Assembly: GCF_001194135.2 (NCBI RefSeq)
Contig: NC_068986.1
Location: 38,199,178-38,263,177 of the forward strand
Source of the DNA: Octopus bimaculoides
Lineage: Eukaryota
Reading direction: 5' to 3'
DNA: 64,000 bases
Translations under genes and position numbers: made by a program
The notes under the pieces: generated by a model
Seen by the model: the letters and a program-made list of their open reading frames with translations, nothing else
Told to the model about the DNA's origin: nothing
The model's database searches: none
In this document: in pieces, positions 49,750 to 63,224 of the stretch
Numbering within the stretch: position 1 is the stretch's first letter
Layout: the number at the start of each line of letters is the position of its first letter

Positions 49750-50325
49750 AACATTTCAGTTTACGTCAACCAAATCCACTCTCAAGGCTTTGGTCGGCCC
49801 GAAGCTATAGTAGAAGACACTTGTCCAATATGACAATCAATGGAACCTTGTGGTTGGGAAGCAAACTTCTTACCACACAGCCATGCTTGCGACTATTTGT
49901 TATTTCCTTCCTATGTCTCTTTCTTCGTGGTTGGTTTTGGTAAATGAGAGAGTAAGTACTTGGCTATCGTCGCTCCCACAAATAATAAATTTATATTTTA
50001 CTATTATTTAAATTCCACTTACACAAAATGTTCCAGTTGATCCGATCAACGGGACAGCCGGCTTGAGAAATGAATGTGGAAGTGGCTGAGGACTCCACAA
50101 ACACATGTACCTTTAATGTAGTTCTCAAAGATTCAGATTGGCACCGAATGTGGATAAAGCTGGCCCTTTGAATTACATGTAGAAATCATTTTTGCTAGCT
50201 GAATGGACTGGAACAACGTGAAATAAAATATCTTTTCAAGAACACAACGCACTGCTAGGAATCGAACTCACGACTTTACGATCAGGAGCTGGATATCGTA
50301 ACTACTAAGCCACGCGCTTTCATGT
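49750..50325 (-). mobile_element. Family A head (49750-49890) and Family C SINE (50030-50325)
   Basis: Diagnostic motifs with CpGs retained (GGTCGGCCCG; GATCCGATCAACGG). Confidence 0.75.
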
Positions 50326-53309
50326 ATTGCATAATAATGCATATATAATGCAAAAACGTCCTACAGACTGCGATGGTCAATAAAATCAAAATAAAATTTT
50401 AAAATTTATTCTTTCTGTGCGGCTTGGTACCAAATGATCCACGACCCACTGCTGGTCCGTAGCTTGGTGGTTTGGGACCACTGGGTTAAGCAGTAACAGC
50501 AATAGCAATAGCAGCTCCAACCATATAATTTTCCTAAAACAATGCACCGTTCTCAACAGGCGGTGAGCTTCATTAACTTCGGTGCATTGTTGACTTTCAT
50601 TTTATGCTTCAGGACTTTAGCGACTTCAGTGAATCCTGTTTCGTTGAAAGTTTTATTCTGCTGTTCCAGCACATGCTAGCTGGGAGAAGGGAGGGGTACA
50701 GTCACTAACGTGATTTCATTTTTTTTTCTGAAACTATGTGGTTTGGAAGCAAACTTCTTACCACACCGCTATGCCAGCGCCTGTTTCATTTTCACAGCCT
50801 TTTTTCTTCGTGTTTGGTTTTAGTTGGATATTGTCGCTTCCACGAATAAATAAATTTATATTTTATCATTATTTAAATTCTGTTTCGAGTATCGTGGAAT
50901 GCCTTAAAGAGCATTAAAGTGAATAGAATGTAATTTTTTTATTCAAACGAAATGTTGATTGCGACTTCAGAGTTTCGCCGGCAGTAGTTCGTCAGACGAG
51001 CTACTTGTCAACGAAACTTCATAGTCACGTTCACCTTCCATTAATATAATANNNNNNNNNNNNNNNNNNNNNNNNNNNNNNNNNNNNNNNNNNNNNNNNN
51101 NNNNNNNNNNNNNNNNNNNNNNNNNNNNNNNNNNNNNNNNNNNNNNNNNNNNNNNNNNNNNNNNNNNNNNNNNNNNNNNNNNNNNNNNNNNNNNNNNNNN
51201 NNNNNNNNNNNNNNNNNNNNNNNNNNNNNNNNNNNNNNNNNNNNNNNNNNNNNNNNNNNNNNNNNNNNNNNNNNNNNNNNNNNNNNNNNNNNNNNNNNNN
51301 NNTATATATATATACATACACACACACACACACACACATATATAGCTCGAGCGACAAGAAGTAGCGGCCGAATTTTCTCAAATGCATCCTTGCATCTTAA
51401 AAAAAAAAAGTAAAAAAAGGAATGAACATATTGGTTTGTAAGTTATAGATTTACTAAAAGCATGCCTAAAACGCCTTTGATCATAGGTTTGTTCGATAAA
51501 CCCTTGCTTTGCTTCATTTTACCTTCGCTGACACTTTGTCCGGGTAGAAACAGCAGCCCCCAAAACAAAGACTCTACTGGGCAACACACACTGCCAAAAA
51601 TAATGACCGAATGGTCATCATCAATGGAACACCTCTGATCATAGGTCTTACACGACTAAAAAAAAATCAAATATAAAATAAAACATTGTTTATAGGTGTA
51701 TTTCGTAATGAGAAAAGGAAATGAATATCTAAAACAAGGAACTTAATGTTTATCTTGAATAAGACATGCTTGATTATTTCCTATATATTGTAGAGGTACA
51801 GGAACACGCAATCGTGTCCTTTCGTAGTTTAAGAGATGATAGGGGAGAAATTTAACTGCTATCTCATGCAATTCGAACGACCACTTTGTTGTGTTCACAC
51901 ACATTATTTGGGTAACTACCGTCTAACCCCGAGTTCCTTTTGCAAATATTCGGGTTGTTAAGTAGTGTCTTGCGTGGGGCAGCCCTTGAGGTTGCTGCCA
52001 TTCTCATCCCCGCCATCGTTCCTTATAGAAGCTTATACAGCAGACTCAAGAGTGCCTGCACCTTAAAAGCGCCGTTATGTGGATCACCCCATCCACCCTC
52101 CGCTAGCTATGCACGGAATCCTTGAAAAAGTCATTGATACTTTTTCTTTAAAGAAAAGAAAAGGAAAATCTTTCTATGATCAATTGCGCTTTTTTCTAAA
52201 TCGTCGGAAACTTTAAAATGAGCACCAGTTATGAATAATGTGGATAATTTCAATTGATTCAGCTTTCCTCGGCAGATTTTTATCAATGCCAGAAGTCTTT
52301 AATTCATAAATTTTAATATGAATGTAATCGTAACATATTCAAAACGAAACATTATTGTGTGTGTGTGTGCGTCAAATAATAGTTTTCCCAACAATAAGCA
52401 ATTACAGATGATGATGATGATGATAGTGCAGTTTGACTTTAACACAGAGAGAGAGAGAGAGTATCAGATTCCGAGGCACATTAAAATGATGAAGAAAGAC
52501 TTGGGGAGACGGTGAGTAAAATAAGCGGGAAAGTAGATAAGCGTGAAGGAATAATAAAGAGTAAAGGAATGATGAAGAGAGTAGAAAACGGTAATCATGA
52601 GATAATGGTAAAAGTGTGACAGGACATTGAAGAATACGGTGTGGAAAACGAGAAAGAGAGAGGTTGCGTATATGAATACTGAGAACGATAGTTATTTTTC
52701 TTTTTAAATGTTATTGTTGCTTCTGTTAATTTAGTTTATTAGATGGATAAAGGAACATGAAAAGCTGTGAAGAAAGAAAATGAGACAACGGAAAAAATAA
52801 CAAGAATTACAGAGAATAATAAAAGAAACACGGAGATAGATAGAGAGAGAGAGAGGAATTAGGAAAGACATAGAAAGAAAGAGAGTGATAGAGACAGTGA
52901 TAAATAAAGAAAAGGTAAGAGGTGATGCCAATGAGAGAATTGAAGAAGAATAAGAAAGAGATAGTGGAAGAAAAGAGATGATACTAGTGAAAAGAGAAGA
53001 GCAATGAAAGAGAGATACAGTAAGAGAGAGGGGGGAAAAGACACAAGAAAAAGAGATAGTACCTGTCACTGAAGAGTAATAAATGTGAAAGAGATAGATA
53101 GATAGATATGTTACTTTATTAGCCACACAGAGGGGACAAAATACGAAGTAGAGCTTTTCTTTTTGGGAAGGAAAGAAGAAAAAAAAGGGGAGGGGAGAAT
53201 TTCGATCAAAAGGGATAGTGGAAAGAAAAAATAGATAGATAGATAGAATGAGACAGCCATTGAAAGAAAATAAATAAAAAATAAGTGAGAGGAAAGCATA
53301 AAATGAGCG

Positions 53310-53600
53310 TATATTACTACTACTACTATAACTTTTGATTACCACTACTACTACTACAACCAATACTACTAGCACCTCGGCTACTACTACTACTACTACA
53401 GCCATTATGATTCCGACTAATACTACAACCACCACCACCATCACCACTTCTGCTACCACTTCTACTATTATCACGATCCCAACCAATAACATCACCACCA
53501 CCACCAACAACAACAGCAACAACAACAACAACGCACCCACCACTACTACTACTATCACCGCGACCACGACTAACATTACTATTACTACTACTAGACGAAG
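53310..53600. repeat. Cryptic (ACT/ACC/AAC)n trinucleotide mosaic
   Basis: Direct inspection; gives Thr-rich and Val-rich pseudo-ORFs. Confidence 0.85.
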
Positions 53601-56090
53601 ATCAACTTGAAACTGCAGGTGGCGCTGCTTCAAGTGTCTGTAATGTTGTAGCAGCCGCACTGCTACTTTGACGTTTCACAGGAATATACGTTACATACGT
53701 GTGGTGTGTATATATACAAATATTTATATACACTTTTATATATCCAGCGTCAATTTTTGGTCTTTCGTACCAATTTAAATGGTGAGACATTCTTTTACCT
53801 TCTTCTTCTTCCCGATTCTCTCTGTGCCCTTACTTTTTCCTTCTTTCTATCATGAATTTTGTTTTCTTTTCTTTCTTCGTTTCATTCTCTGACCACAACC
53901 AAATATTTCAAACATTATTCTCTTTAAACTCACTACATTCACTATCACAACTTAGACACACCGTTTTTCTATGTTTACCTGAATGTTTCTTTATCTATGT
54001 GTTCGGTTAGTTTTCTGTTCATGTTTATCTGTCTATATAACTTTGTCTATGCGTGGGTTTTCGTCGATGTATTTATTGTGTCTCATGTCATTTGCATGTC
54101 AGACCTACTCCCACTTAACTATGTCCATTATTTCAATCCATGCCTTTTTAAGTGCCTATGTATGAATGCTGAGTGCTTTACTCGGTCTCAATATTTGACA
54201 TTACCCAGCCTCTTTCTCTTTATGTAGCTATCGTCCGACTATTCGTGGTCCCATGTGTCTGCCTGCCTGCTCCATGCCTATCCGTTCCTTCTCTTCTCGA
54301 AACTTCAACTTTCTAACCCCATCTTTGCGATTCTAATCTATTTTCAGCTTGTTTTTTCTATATATCTATCCCCTATGTATATATGTTTATCTTACTGTTG
54401 TCTGCCAATGTCTTATCCATCTACTCGACTCGACTGTCTGCCCATTAAGCATTTTCGTCTGACAGCTCAACCTCCGTTTTGTTTATCTGTAACGACTGTT
54501 CGTTTGTCTCTGTCTTGTCACTGTCCGTGTGTGTACCCACCCAGTCTTTCACTGTCCATCTAACCTCGTCATCTAATGCCACCAGTATTGTACTCTTCCA
54601 AGTACAGACTGCCCATCTAGTCTGATATTCAATTGTGCCCAATTGAATCAATTCTCCTGCATGATAGAAACCGAGAAAAATGTTTGGGCGCTAGCTTGCC
54701 TCACCACCAAACAAATTTATGAAAGAAATAAAATAAAAACTTCCGTGTGTCGACTGCATCCCTGTGACCCTGTCCGCCAGTCTGTCCATCTAACTCTATC
54801 TACTGTCCATCTGTCCCCTCTTCCTCCCTCGTTCAATTACATTTCCATCGAGTCCCGTTCATAATTGTCTTTCACCTCATAATTCTACCGGCCGGTTTAT
54901 CTTTTCATCCGTACACTTTACCATTCTGTTATCCAATTGCTCCCTTTTGTATTCAGTCCGTCTGTGAAATATAATCCATCTTTCTATGGGAGAGTCCTTA
55001 TATTTCCGTGTTCATTTACTTAGAAAGAACGGTTACTTAGTATTCAATTTAGGATAGAAAAATAATAATTATTGAAATATACAATTCTTACTCTTTTTTG
55101 TGAAACGTGCTAAACATGGTATTCTAAAAAAAAATACATAAAAATGAAAATAAACATGACATTTTCCGATTCATTTCATTCGCTGTCCCTTTTGATTTTC
55201 TTTAGAACTAAGCTATCCTCCACAGACTATTATTTTCAATCCAACTAGAACTTTTTTCCGGTAAAAAAGAGTTGCCGGTTTTTCAAATTTCGCAATAAAG
55301 AAGCACTTGAAAGGAATAATCTAATGCGATCAAACTTAGTATGTGCTATGTACTTTGTGTATATTTAACATAAATATAATTATTCAGTCAGAATGACTAT
55401 TGCGCTCCTTGTATTTATTTTAAACAGCATTTTCTGGGAAAAGTAATTAAAATGTTTGGCATGTAAACGGAAAATACAATAAAAAAGAGGGAATAATAAA
55501 AAAAACCCTAACTTTTTGTAATCTTTATTAAATCTACAAGATTAGATCAGGTTTTCCATATCCCGTTGAATTTCAACCTCTTAGCTCTTAAGTTTTATGT
55601 ATTATGTATTGGAAAACTGCAAATGTTAAAGGTAGAAAGCGTTATGACCATTTTATTCAATCATTTATGTTGTTGTGTTGATTAAACGGATGAATCGGAC
55701 GATAAGAACGAAACCCGACCCAGTCTCCGACCTTGTGATCACTGGCATAAATATACATTTCATCACATTACTGCAAACAAAAATAGCGACGTACACGTTC
55801 CTTATACATAAGTGCACTTATAAACACGCGCGCACACGCATGCTTGCATGTATGTATATACATATATAGATAGTAAATTTACAGACATGAGAAATAAGTA
55901 CTCAATACATGGATTGGAATTTGTTTTTATTCGACGCCGAGTCTTATGTCGTTCTTCAGTTTCCCGTTTTTCCCGTGACCGTTTAGCACACACACGTGTG
56001 TGTATGTGTTAGAGAGAGAGTTGTTAGTGTGCTTACATATGTGCATGTACACAACATGCGACACACTTCGATACATACATGTGTCGGTCC

Positions 56091-56523
56091 AGATGGACTA
56101 TATGTAATCTGAACCTTTCCTCCCTTGTTTTATTATTTTTTTTTTTACGGAATCCTATGGAGATTCCGATTCTGAAAAAAATTTTTCAAAAATCTCAATT
56201 TCAAAATTTCGATTCCCCCCCCCCCCGGTTTTTATATAGACCCTAACTCAAACCCTAGCCCTAAACCTAAACCTAACCCTAACACTAGTTTTGTGAGATT
56301 TGGCTGTTATTTCTAGCATGTAAATAGCCTGCTTGGTGGGGAGGGGGAATTGAAATTTTCCCAAAAATTTTTTTTCAGAATCGGAATCTCCATAGCCTAA
56401 AACGTGGGATTCCGTAAAAAAAAATTAATAAATAAGGGGGGNNNNNNNNNNACGTGGGATTCTGTAAAAAAAAATTAATAAATAAGGGGGGGGGGAAAGG
56501 TTTAGATTACATATAGTCCATCT
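56091..56523. mobile_element. Foldback/MITE with ~130-bp inverted arms and a telomere-like (CCCTAA) core
   Basis: AGATGGACTATATGTAATCT...TATGGAGATTCCGATTCTGAAAAA is mirrored at the right end; degenerate CCCTAA units at 56240-56283. Confidence 0.75.
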
Positions 56524-56654
56524 CTACCCATGTGTCTATATGAATTATGCATGCAAGCACACCCTCGCAGACTCTACACAATACCCACACAGCCAGTGTT
56601 CAGCTCCTCCCTGCCTTGCACCATGCTGGATCTTTCACGCAACGTCTTCCGACA

Positions 56655-56716
56655 TGGTCCCAGTTCTTTAAAGACTAACGACGCTCCCAGTTCTTTAAAG
56701 ACTAACGACGCTCCTT
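56655..56716 (+). repeat. 27-bp tandem duplication (TCCCAGTTCTTTAAAGACTAACGACGC x2)
   Basis: Direct inspection. Confidence 0.9.
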
Positions 56717-59458
56717 TCTAAACTCTTCGCACTGAAATTGCCTTTCCCATTTTCTATTCTAACTTTTCTGAATCCAATGTTTTTTTTTAATTATTCCAGA
56801 TATTGACATGCCACGTCACACGTCATCCTTCTTTCATTTTTTTTTAATATTGAAACATACACACACACACACAAATATACACACGCAAGCACATTTATAT
56901 ACATGCACACCTTAAATCATGTGCAAATATTTTGCGTTAACACATACATATGTACATTTACCTTAACCTATTTCATATCAAGTGACTCAGATCATGTACA
57001 AACATTAAATTAATACTTCTTACGCACGTTGACATTAACTCATGGACACAAATACTCGCGCACGCTCGACCTGCTAGAAATAGCAGCCAAATTCCCCCTT
57101 TAATTATGTCCCACTTTCTAAGGTTTCATCTGAATAACATATAAAAGATACACGATATCTTTTTAACTGACGGGATGGTCATGGTTGGGATGCTGCTAGT
57201 CAAAAGTCAAACTCATTCTGGACCTGTGACTACATATCAATGACACACTCCATTGAACTTTATTAATTAATAATGTTGCAATTACACTCATGCATGCTCG
57301 CACGCACGCAGACACACACACATGTGTATGTATTTACATATACACACCAACACAAATGTATATCATTACATAGATGTTAATTTAAAATAAACACATCCAT
57401 CTATCCATACATATGTGTGTAGCTTATTTATTTAATACAATAATCTTGTGTGTGTATATATATATTCGCTGATATCACCTTCAGTTTCAACGTTTACTAC
57501 GTTGTTCTCTCATTGTAATCTAGATTTACTTTAGACTATCTCATTTTCTGCAGTGGCACCAAACTGGCCATTCTGACATTAGCCATTCCTTTTTATGAAC
57601 TGCATTGTTTCTGTTTAACCCTTTTCTTGTTATCATTTTTTCTTTGTTTTAAGTATTCTTATTTGTTGTATATGAAATGTCACTTCGGATTCTGTCCCAA
57701 ATCTTAACTCTAGCTGTTTATCATAACTTAAGCAATTTTTGGAATTTTCCGTATCAAATTTCATGAATATTGTTATTGAGGTTGACAATGGTTCATTGAA
57801 AATGTTAATAAGTTAATGTGCTACATCCAGTCTTCATTGTTTTTTTTCTTTCTTTCTCATTTTTGTATTTTAATTTGAAAAACATTCATTGATATATCTG
57901 AATTTATTTCATCTTTCTTACGATTTCTTGGAAATCGTTTTCGGAATCGCATCGTAATATTTCAAATCAGAACTTCTATACATCACAAGATTTTTACTAT
58001 TTGGAACTGAATACGTCGAAATAAATTTATATTTTAATTGTGGAAATATATATATATATATATATATAAATGTGTAAATATTTTTGGGGGGAGAAAAATG
58101 GCATTAATATTCTCTTGAAGGGTTAACAACGAGTTCTATTCGGTACAAATGTGTTTTTTCTCGCTTTTCGTCTTGTAAATCAAAACAAATGATATATATA
58201 AAAATATTGTTTCGAAATTCAGGCAACGTCAAAAGAAACAAAAATAATTAGCTCCCCTTGGAATTATTTTGGCTTTAATATGGCGATTCGAAGAATATTG
58301 GGTGAAAGTGGGATGAAAAGAATCCTAGTTTAAAACGCTCGAATGTTCTGTTGACTGCCCTCTGTTTAATATATAAACGCCAACGATAATTCCGTTAGTA
58401 TCGAAAACAGTCTCGGTATGCGAACGCATTTTCGGAGAGGAACTTGAAGTAATAGAAAAGTAGTTAACTTTAGATACAATATACTTTTCATGTGATAACT
58501 TACATTATTAAACAGGGTTAAAATTGTTTCTGAAGATTCGTCACTAGAATATTTTATTCGTTTAAAGAAGGAACTGTTTTGGTCTTTTCTCTTGAAAATG
58601 TATATTCTGGATGAGTGCATTCAACAGCGTTGTTTTTATTGTCATCCAATTGCATTGATTAATATTCATATTTCAAGTGCTTTTCTAATTATAATACTAC
58701 AATTTTGTATGTTATCTGACCTGCAATAAAGAAATTGATTCAGTATTAGAAGCATGATCTTAAATCTGGTGATATTCTTTTAGCCAATAGTTACAAAGAG
58801 GCCACGCTACTCCTTTAAAGAGTTCCTAAGTTAGATAGAATGGAATTATAAAATTAATAAGTGACTGTAATTCTAACCTAAATCCTAATTCATATTTCAA
58901 CTTTCTAATGTGATGGGCTAAAAAGGCACTTCCACCCGGTTGCTCAACGTGCTTGAAATAACATCTAAACAACTACACCTCCCTCCTACATGTTCTACCA
59001 CCTAACAAAATAGGTATATTGGATAAAGTAGTCCTAAATACATTATGCCTCAAAAGACTTCCCTTATCCTGTCTTTTTTTTTTTAAATCTACAACTTCGT
59101 AATACTTAAATTCCACATTAATGAGGCTTTTTCTTCTCTACTTACTGTCTTCCTTCAAACTTTACTAAGCTTATTCTAAAAACTATTTTTTAAAAAGAAT
59201 GTTTTGTCTCTTTCTTGATGAATGAATTTTATTATTATGAAAAGGAAAGTAGTGGTGGAAGCTAACGTGGTAGACTACTGCACAAAATACCTTAATGTAT
59301 TTGGATCTTTTTTACACTACATGTTCAAATGTCACAGAGGTTGACCTTACTTTTTGGTTTTTCTTGGGTTCATAAAATAGGAATCAATCAAGTGTGGTTG
59401 ATATAATTTACTCTCCACTCAGATATTTATGGCCTTGAGTCAAAATATGGGGAAGATA

Positions 59459-59508
<50 letters not shown>

Positions 59509-59524
59509 AATATATATAGACACA

Positions 59525-59900
59525 AGTATGGCTGTGTGGTAAGAAGCCTGCTTCCCAACCACATGGTTCAGGTTTCAATCCCACTGCGTGGAACCTTGGG
59601 CAAGTGTCTTTTACTGTAGCCTCAGGCCAACCAAAGCCTTGTGAGTGAATTTGGTAGATGGAAACTGAAAGATGCCTGTCACACACGCACACACACACAC
59701 TTATATATATGCGTGCGTGTGTGTCTGTTTTTGATCCCCATCATCACTTAATAATTGGTGTATTTACACCCCTGTAACTTAGTGATTTGGCAAAAGAGTA
59801 CTAGGCTTAAAAGTAGTCCTGTTGTCAATTTGTTCAACTAAATTGACTTTTCAAGGTGGTGCTTCAGCATGGCCACTGTCAAATAACTGAAACAAGTAAA
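59525..59900 (+). mobile_element. Family A SINE, complete architecture (head, CORE-like centre, microsatellite, tail)
   Basis: GGCTGTGTGGTAAGAAG...CCTTGGGCAAGTGTC...(CA)n...CTGAAACAAGTAAAAGAATA. Confidence 0.85.
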
Positions 59901-60620
59901 AGAATATATCTACTTCAATGTTTGTTGTTGCTCAGCTCCAAATTAATTCTGATCAAGCAGATCCATAATCAAAATTGTTTCAATTATGATCATCCCATCC
60001 TTTTACTAAGCACAGTGCATATCGGACCACATTATCTAATGTATCCTTTTTATTATTTAGGGTGTGATCTGAGGCAGATTTCTCCTGTTTTTAACAGGTT
60101 AAGTGATTGCATAACAGTTCCCTTGTTGGCTCAGTTATAATTCTTATTGTAACATGTCACCATGTGGTGTTCTTAACTTTTGTCATTTCAGGATTGATAG
60201 AAAAAATAAGTACAAAAATATTCTTCTGGAGATCAGTTGTAGGTGGTCAAATAGGCTAGTTGCTAGATTAGCAACCTAATTATATATATTTTGAATAATT
60301 TCCTTAACTTTGGAAGATACTTTATGAATCCATGGCCAAGACACTATGAATCTTGGTTAACTGAAATGATTTTAATCTGTTAGCAAAGGTACCTGGTTTT
60401 GCCCAAATGCTGAAATTTGGCTCTTGATTACATTGGTACAAAAGAGAATCACTCAAATGGTAATCGTGCCCATGAATGTTGAAAGTTGTCAATGCTTGTA
60501 GTGCTAAAGGACATCATTTGAAAACTGGAAGTGCACTTGTGTTTTCTACTTAATATTCAAACTTTTATTAAAGTCTCCTGATTGTGGGTTTTGTTTCCAA
60601 GTCTAGAATTTCTCTTCTAA

Positions 60621-60652
<32 letters not shown>

Positions 60653-60674
60653 GATAGATATATAGATGTAGGCA

Positions 60675-61076
60675 TGGTGATGCAAACAGGAAAAATAGAA
60701 CTCAGAATATGAGTATATGTATATTTTTATAAATATTTAGCAGAAGTAAGGGTTACTCAAGGTCAGAGAGTGTGGTGCATTGGCACTTATCAAACATATA
60801 AGTGCCAACACACTTATATGTTTAAAAATAATAATCCTTTCTACTATAGGCACAAGGCCTGGATTTTGTGGGGAGGGGGACAGTCGATCACATCAACCCC
60901 AGTACTCAACTGGTACTTAATCTATTGACCCTAAAAGGATGACAGGCAAAGTCGACCTCAGTGGAATTTGAACTCAGAACATTGTAGCAGACAAAATACC
61001 TCTAAGCATTTTGCCCAGCGTGCTAACAATTCTGTCAGCTCGCTGCCTTTTTAAAATAATGTTGTGTGTGTGTGTG

Positions 61077-61113
<37 letters not shown>

Positions 61114-61253
61114 GTGCAAATAAGAAAAATAGAACTCAAAATATGAGTATATGTATATTTTTATAAACATTTAGCAGAAGTAACAGAGTGACTCAAGGTC
61201 AGAAAGTTTGATGCGTTGGTGCTCATCAAACTTGTTTGATAAGTGCCAACATA
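60675..61253. repeat. Two diverged copies of a ~150-bp palindrome-ended unit flanking a Family B SINE (~60830-61050, minus)
   Basis: GAAAAATAGAACTCA(G/A)AATATGAGTATATG...CTCAAGGTCAGA shared by ~60675-60823 and 61107-61253. Confidence 0.75.
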
Positions 61254-62399
61254 CCAAACCATATTTGCTGATGTATAAGATGCACTCTTGCATAAGGGTC
61301 ATGCTTAATTTACTAATATATTTTGTGGAAGAAAACAACTATAGTATCTTTTATCATACACTTATTGAAAGATGTTTTGAAATGGTTTTGTACAGGGAAA
61401 CTATATAAATATGTGCATGTAAATGCAATGCTGTGACAGTATACTGTAATAAAGTTTGAAATCATTAACTTATCATGAGTAAACTACATTTTAGGAGTAT
61501 TATATTTCACCTTCATCTTTTTACAATTCCATTGTATAGTTGTTTATATTTTGATTAAGAAAATTGCCATTCAGGATGTGAAGCTCATCTTTCTGGCTGT
61601 GATGTTTTGTGTAACAGCGCTCACCCACCAAGGTAGTGTACCACTGCTATGGTTTTGTTGTCATCCACTTTTTGCAAATAGTTGACTGGCAAATGAAAAT
61701 TTAATATTCCTTTCATCTTTCTAGGAAAATTTTTCCATTTATGTTTTGTAAAGATACTTAATTGAATCAGTAAATAATGTAAGATACATATCAGGCATGG
61801 GTTGTGTATGCTGAAGAAGGATGTATAATGAGATGAGGCAACCGCCCCACAATACTACTGATGTACTAAAAGCAATTTTTCATAAGTTGGTGCTAACAGT
61901 CTGTGATGATTTGGCTTGTTTTCAATATTTTATTATTAGTAGCAAATATTGTACCTAGCAGAGTTTGTGCTCATCTGTTTCCCCTAGCCTTTGATATTTG
62001 GTGTCCCATCCTTATTAAATCTGCATTAGATATAAGGCAATTTTCGATACATTTAAAAACAAAGTATGTTTTGCACACTGGTAAATACAGTATGTATTTA
62101 TATATAATGTTGATAGAGACTTTGAAGTTTTGGCAAATCTGGTTTTTAGTCTATGTTCATATTCATGCCACTGGCTACTCTGAGTTATTTCTCTTAGCTC
62201 ATTTTTATTTAGTGTAGATGTATGTGTGTGTGTAAGCATAATACATATATGTTGGCCTGGTCCTGAATGCAGAGGACATGTAAATATCAGATAGAAATGA
62301 AGCTAGCATTCTCTATTGGCTGTTCAACATCAGTGTCCATGTGCAACAAATTGCTTATGTGTTGAGAGAAAAATTGGGAATCAGGTGTTACATGCAACT

Positions 62400-62610
62400 A
62401 AGAAATGTGTGCTGGCATGATCATGTAATGTATATATATATGAAGTCAGCTGCAGGAATAAGTGCCAATTGCTAAATGTAGATAGAACATGTTGAAGAGG
62501 GAGGCTCAGAAAGACATGGGACAAAATAGTGAAGAGTGACTTCAGGGTGTTGAGCCTCGTGGAGGAGTTACCAAATAGCTGATGACTTGTTGTGCTCAAG
62601 AAGACTCATG
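62400..62610 (+). pseudogene. RTE-like LINE 3' end remnant
   Basis: GRLRKTWDKIVKSDFRVLSLVEE. Confidence 0.5.
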
Positions 62611-63190
62611 TGTCGCAGAAAAACTAAGGTCCTAAAGTATTTATTTCTTTATTGCTCACAGGGGGATAAACAAAGGGATTAAGTTGATTACATCGACCCC
62701 AGTGTGTAACTGGTATTTATTTAATCGACCCCCCCCCCCCGAAAGATCCTAAAAGTATTATGTTTATGTCTATAGACACAATCGAGCTCTACCCATGCAC
62801 TCAATCTGTACTGCCATAGATCACACTTCTCACTGCATTCTGTTTTTAATTTAAATTCTGGGACTATCTTCCTTGCAATTTTTGACTAGAATTATTAAGA
62901 TAATGAAGATTTTTCTTTTTTTTTCCACTACGTGTGTAATTTTAAGATTTCTTGGTTTGCTATGTTATGTATTAGTAGCATGCAGCACCCATTTTACTCT
63001 GACATGTTTACTAGCAAATTCTAGACTGACAAACTAAAAGATAAGTTGTAACTTTGAACAACATTAGTTGGTGGCAGAAACAACCATGAATCAGACTGAA
63101 TGCCAACAATATTTAGCTTTATCGCTGTTTATTTGAAGTCTAAATCCTTTAGTGGGTGAATTTAGCTTGTGGTAATATATATATATATAT

Positions 63191-63224
<34 letters not shown>

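Noticed and set aside
52731-53670. 309-aa minus ORF, and a Thr-rich plus ORF followed by a hydrophobic AGGAASSVCNVVAAALLL* tail (mucin/GPI-like)
   Set aside because: Built from trinucleotide and CT-rich simple repeats; the Thr-rich stretch and the hydrophobic tail are in different frames, with no splice support.
56402-56495. ~40-bp direct repeat inside the foldback right arm
   Set aside because: It straddles a 10-N gap, so it is probably an assembly overlap artefact.
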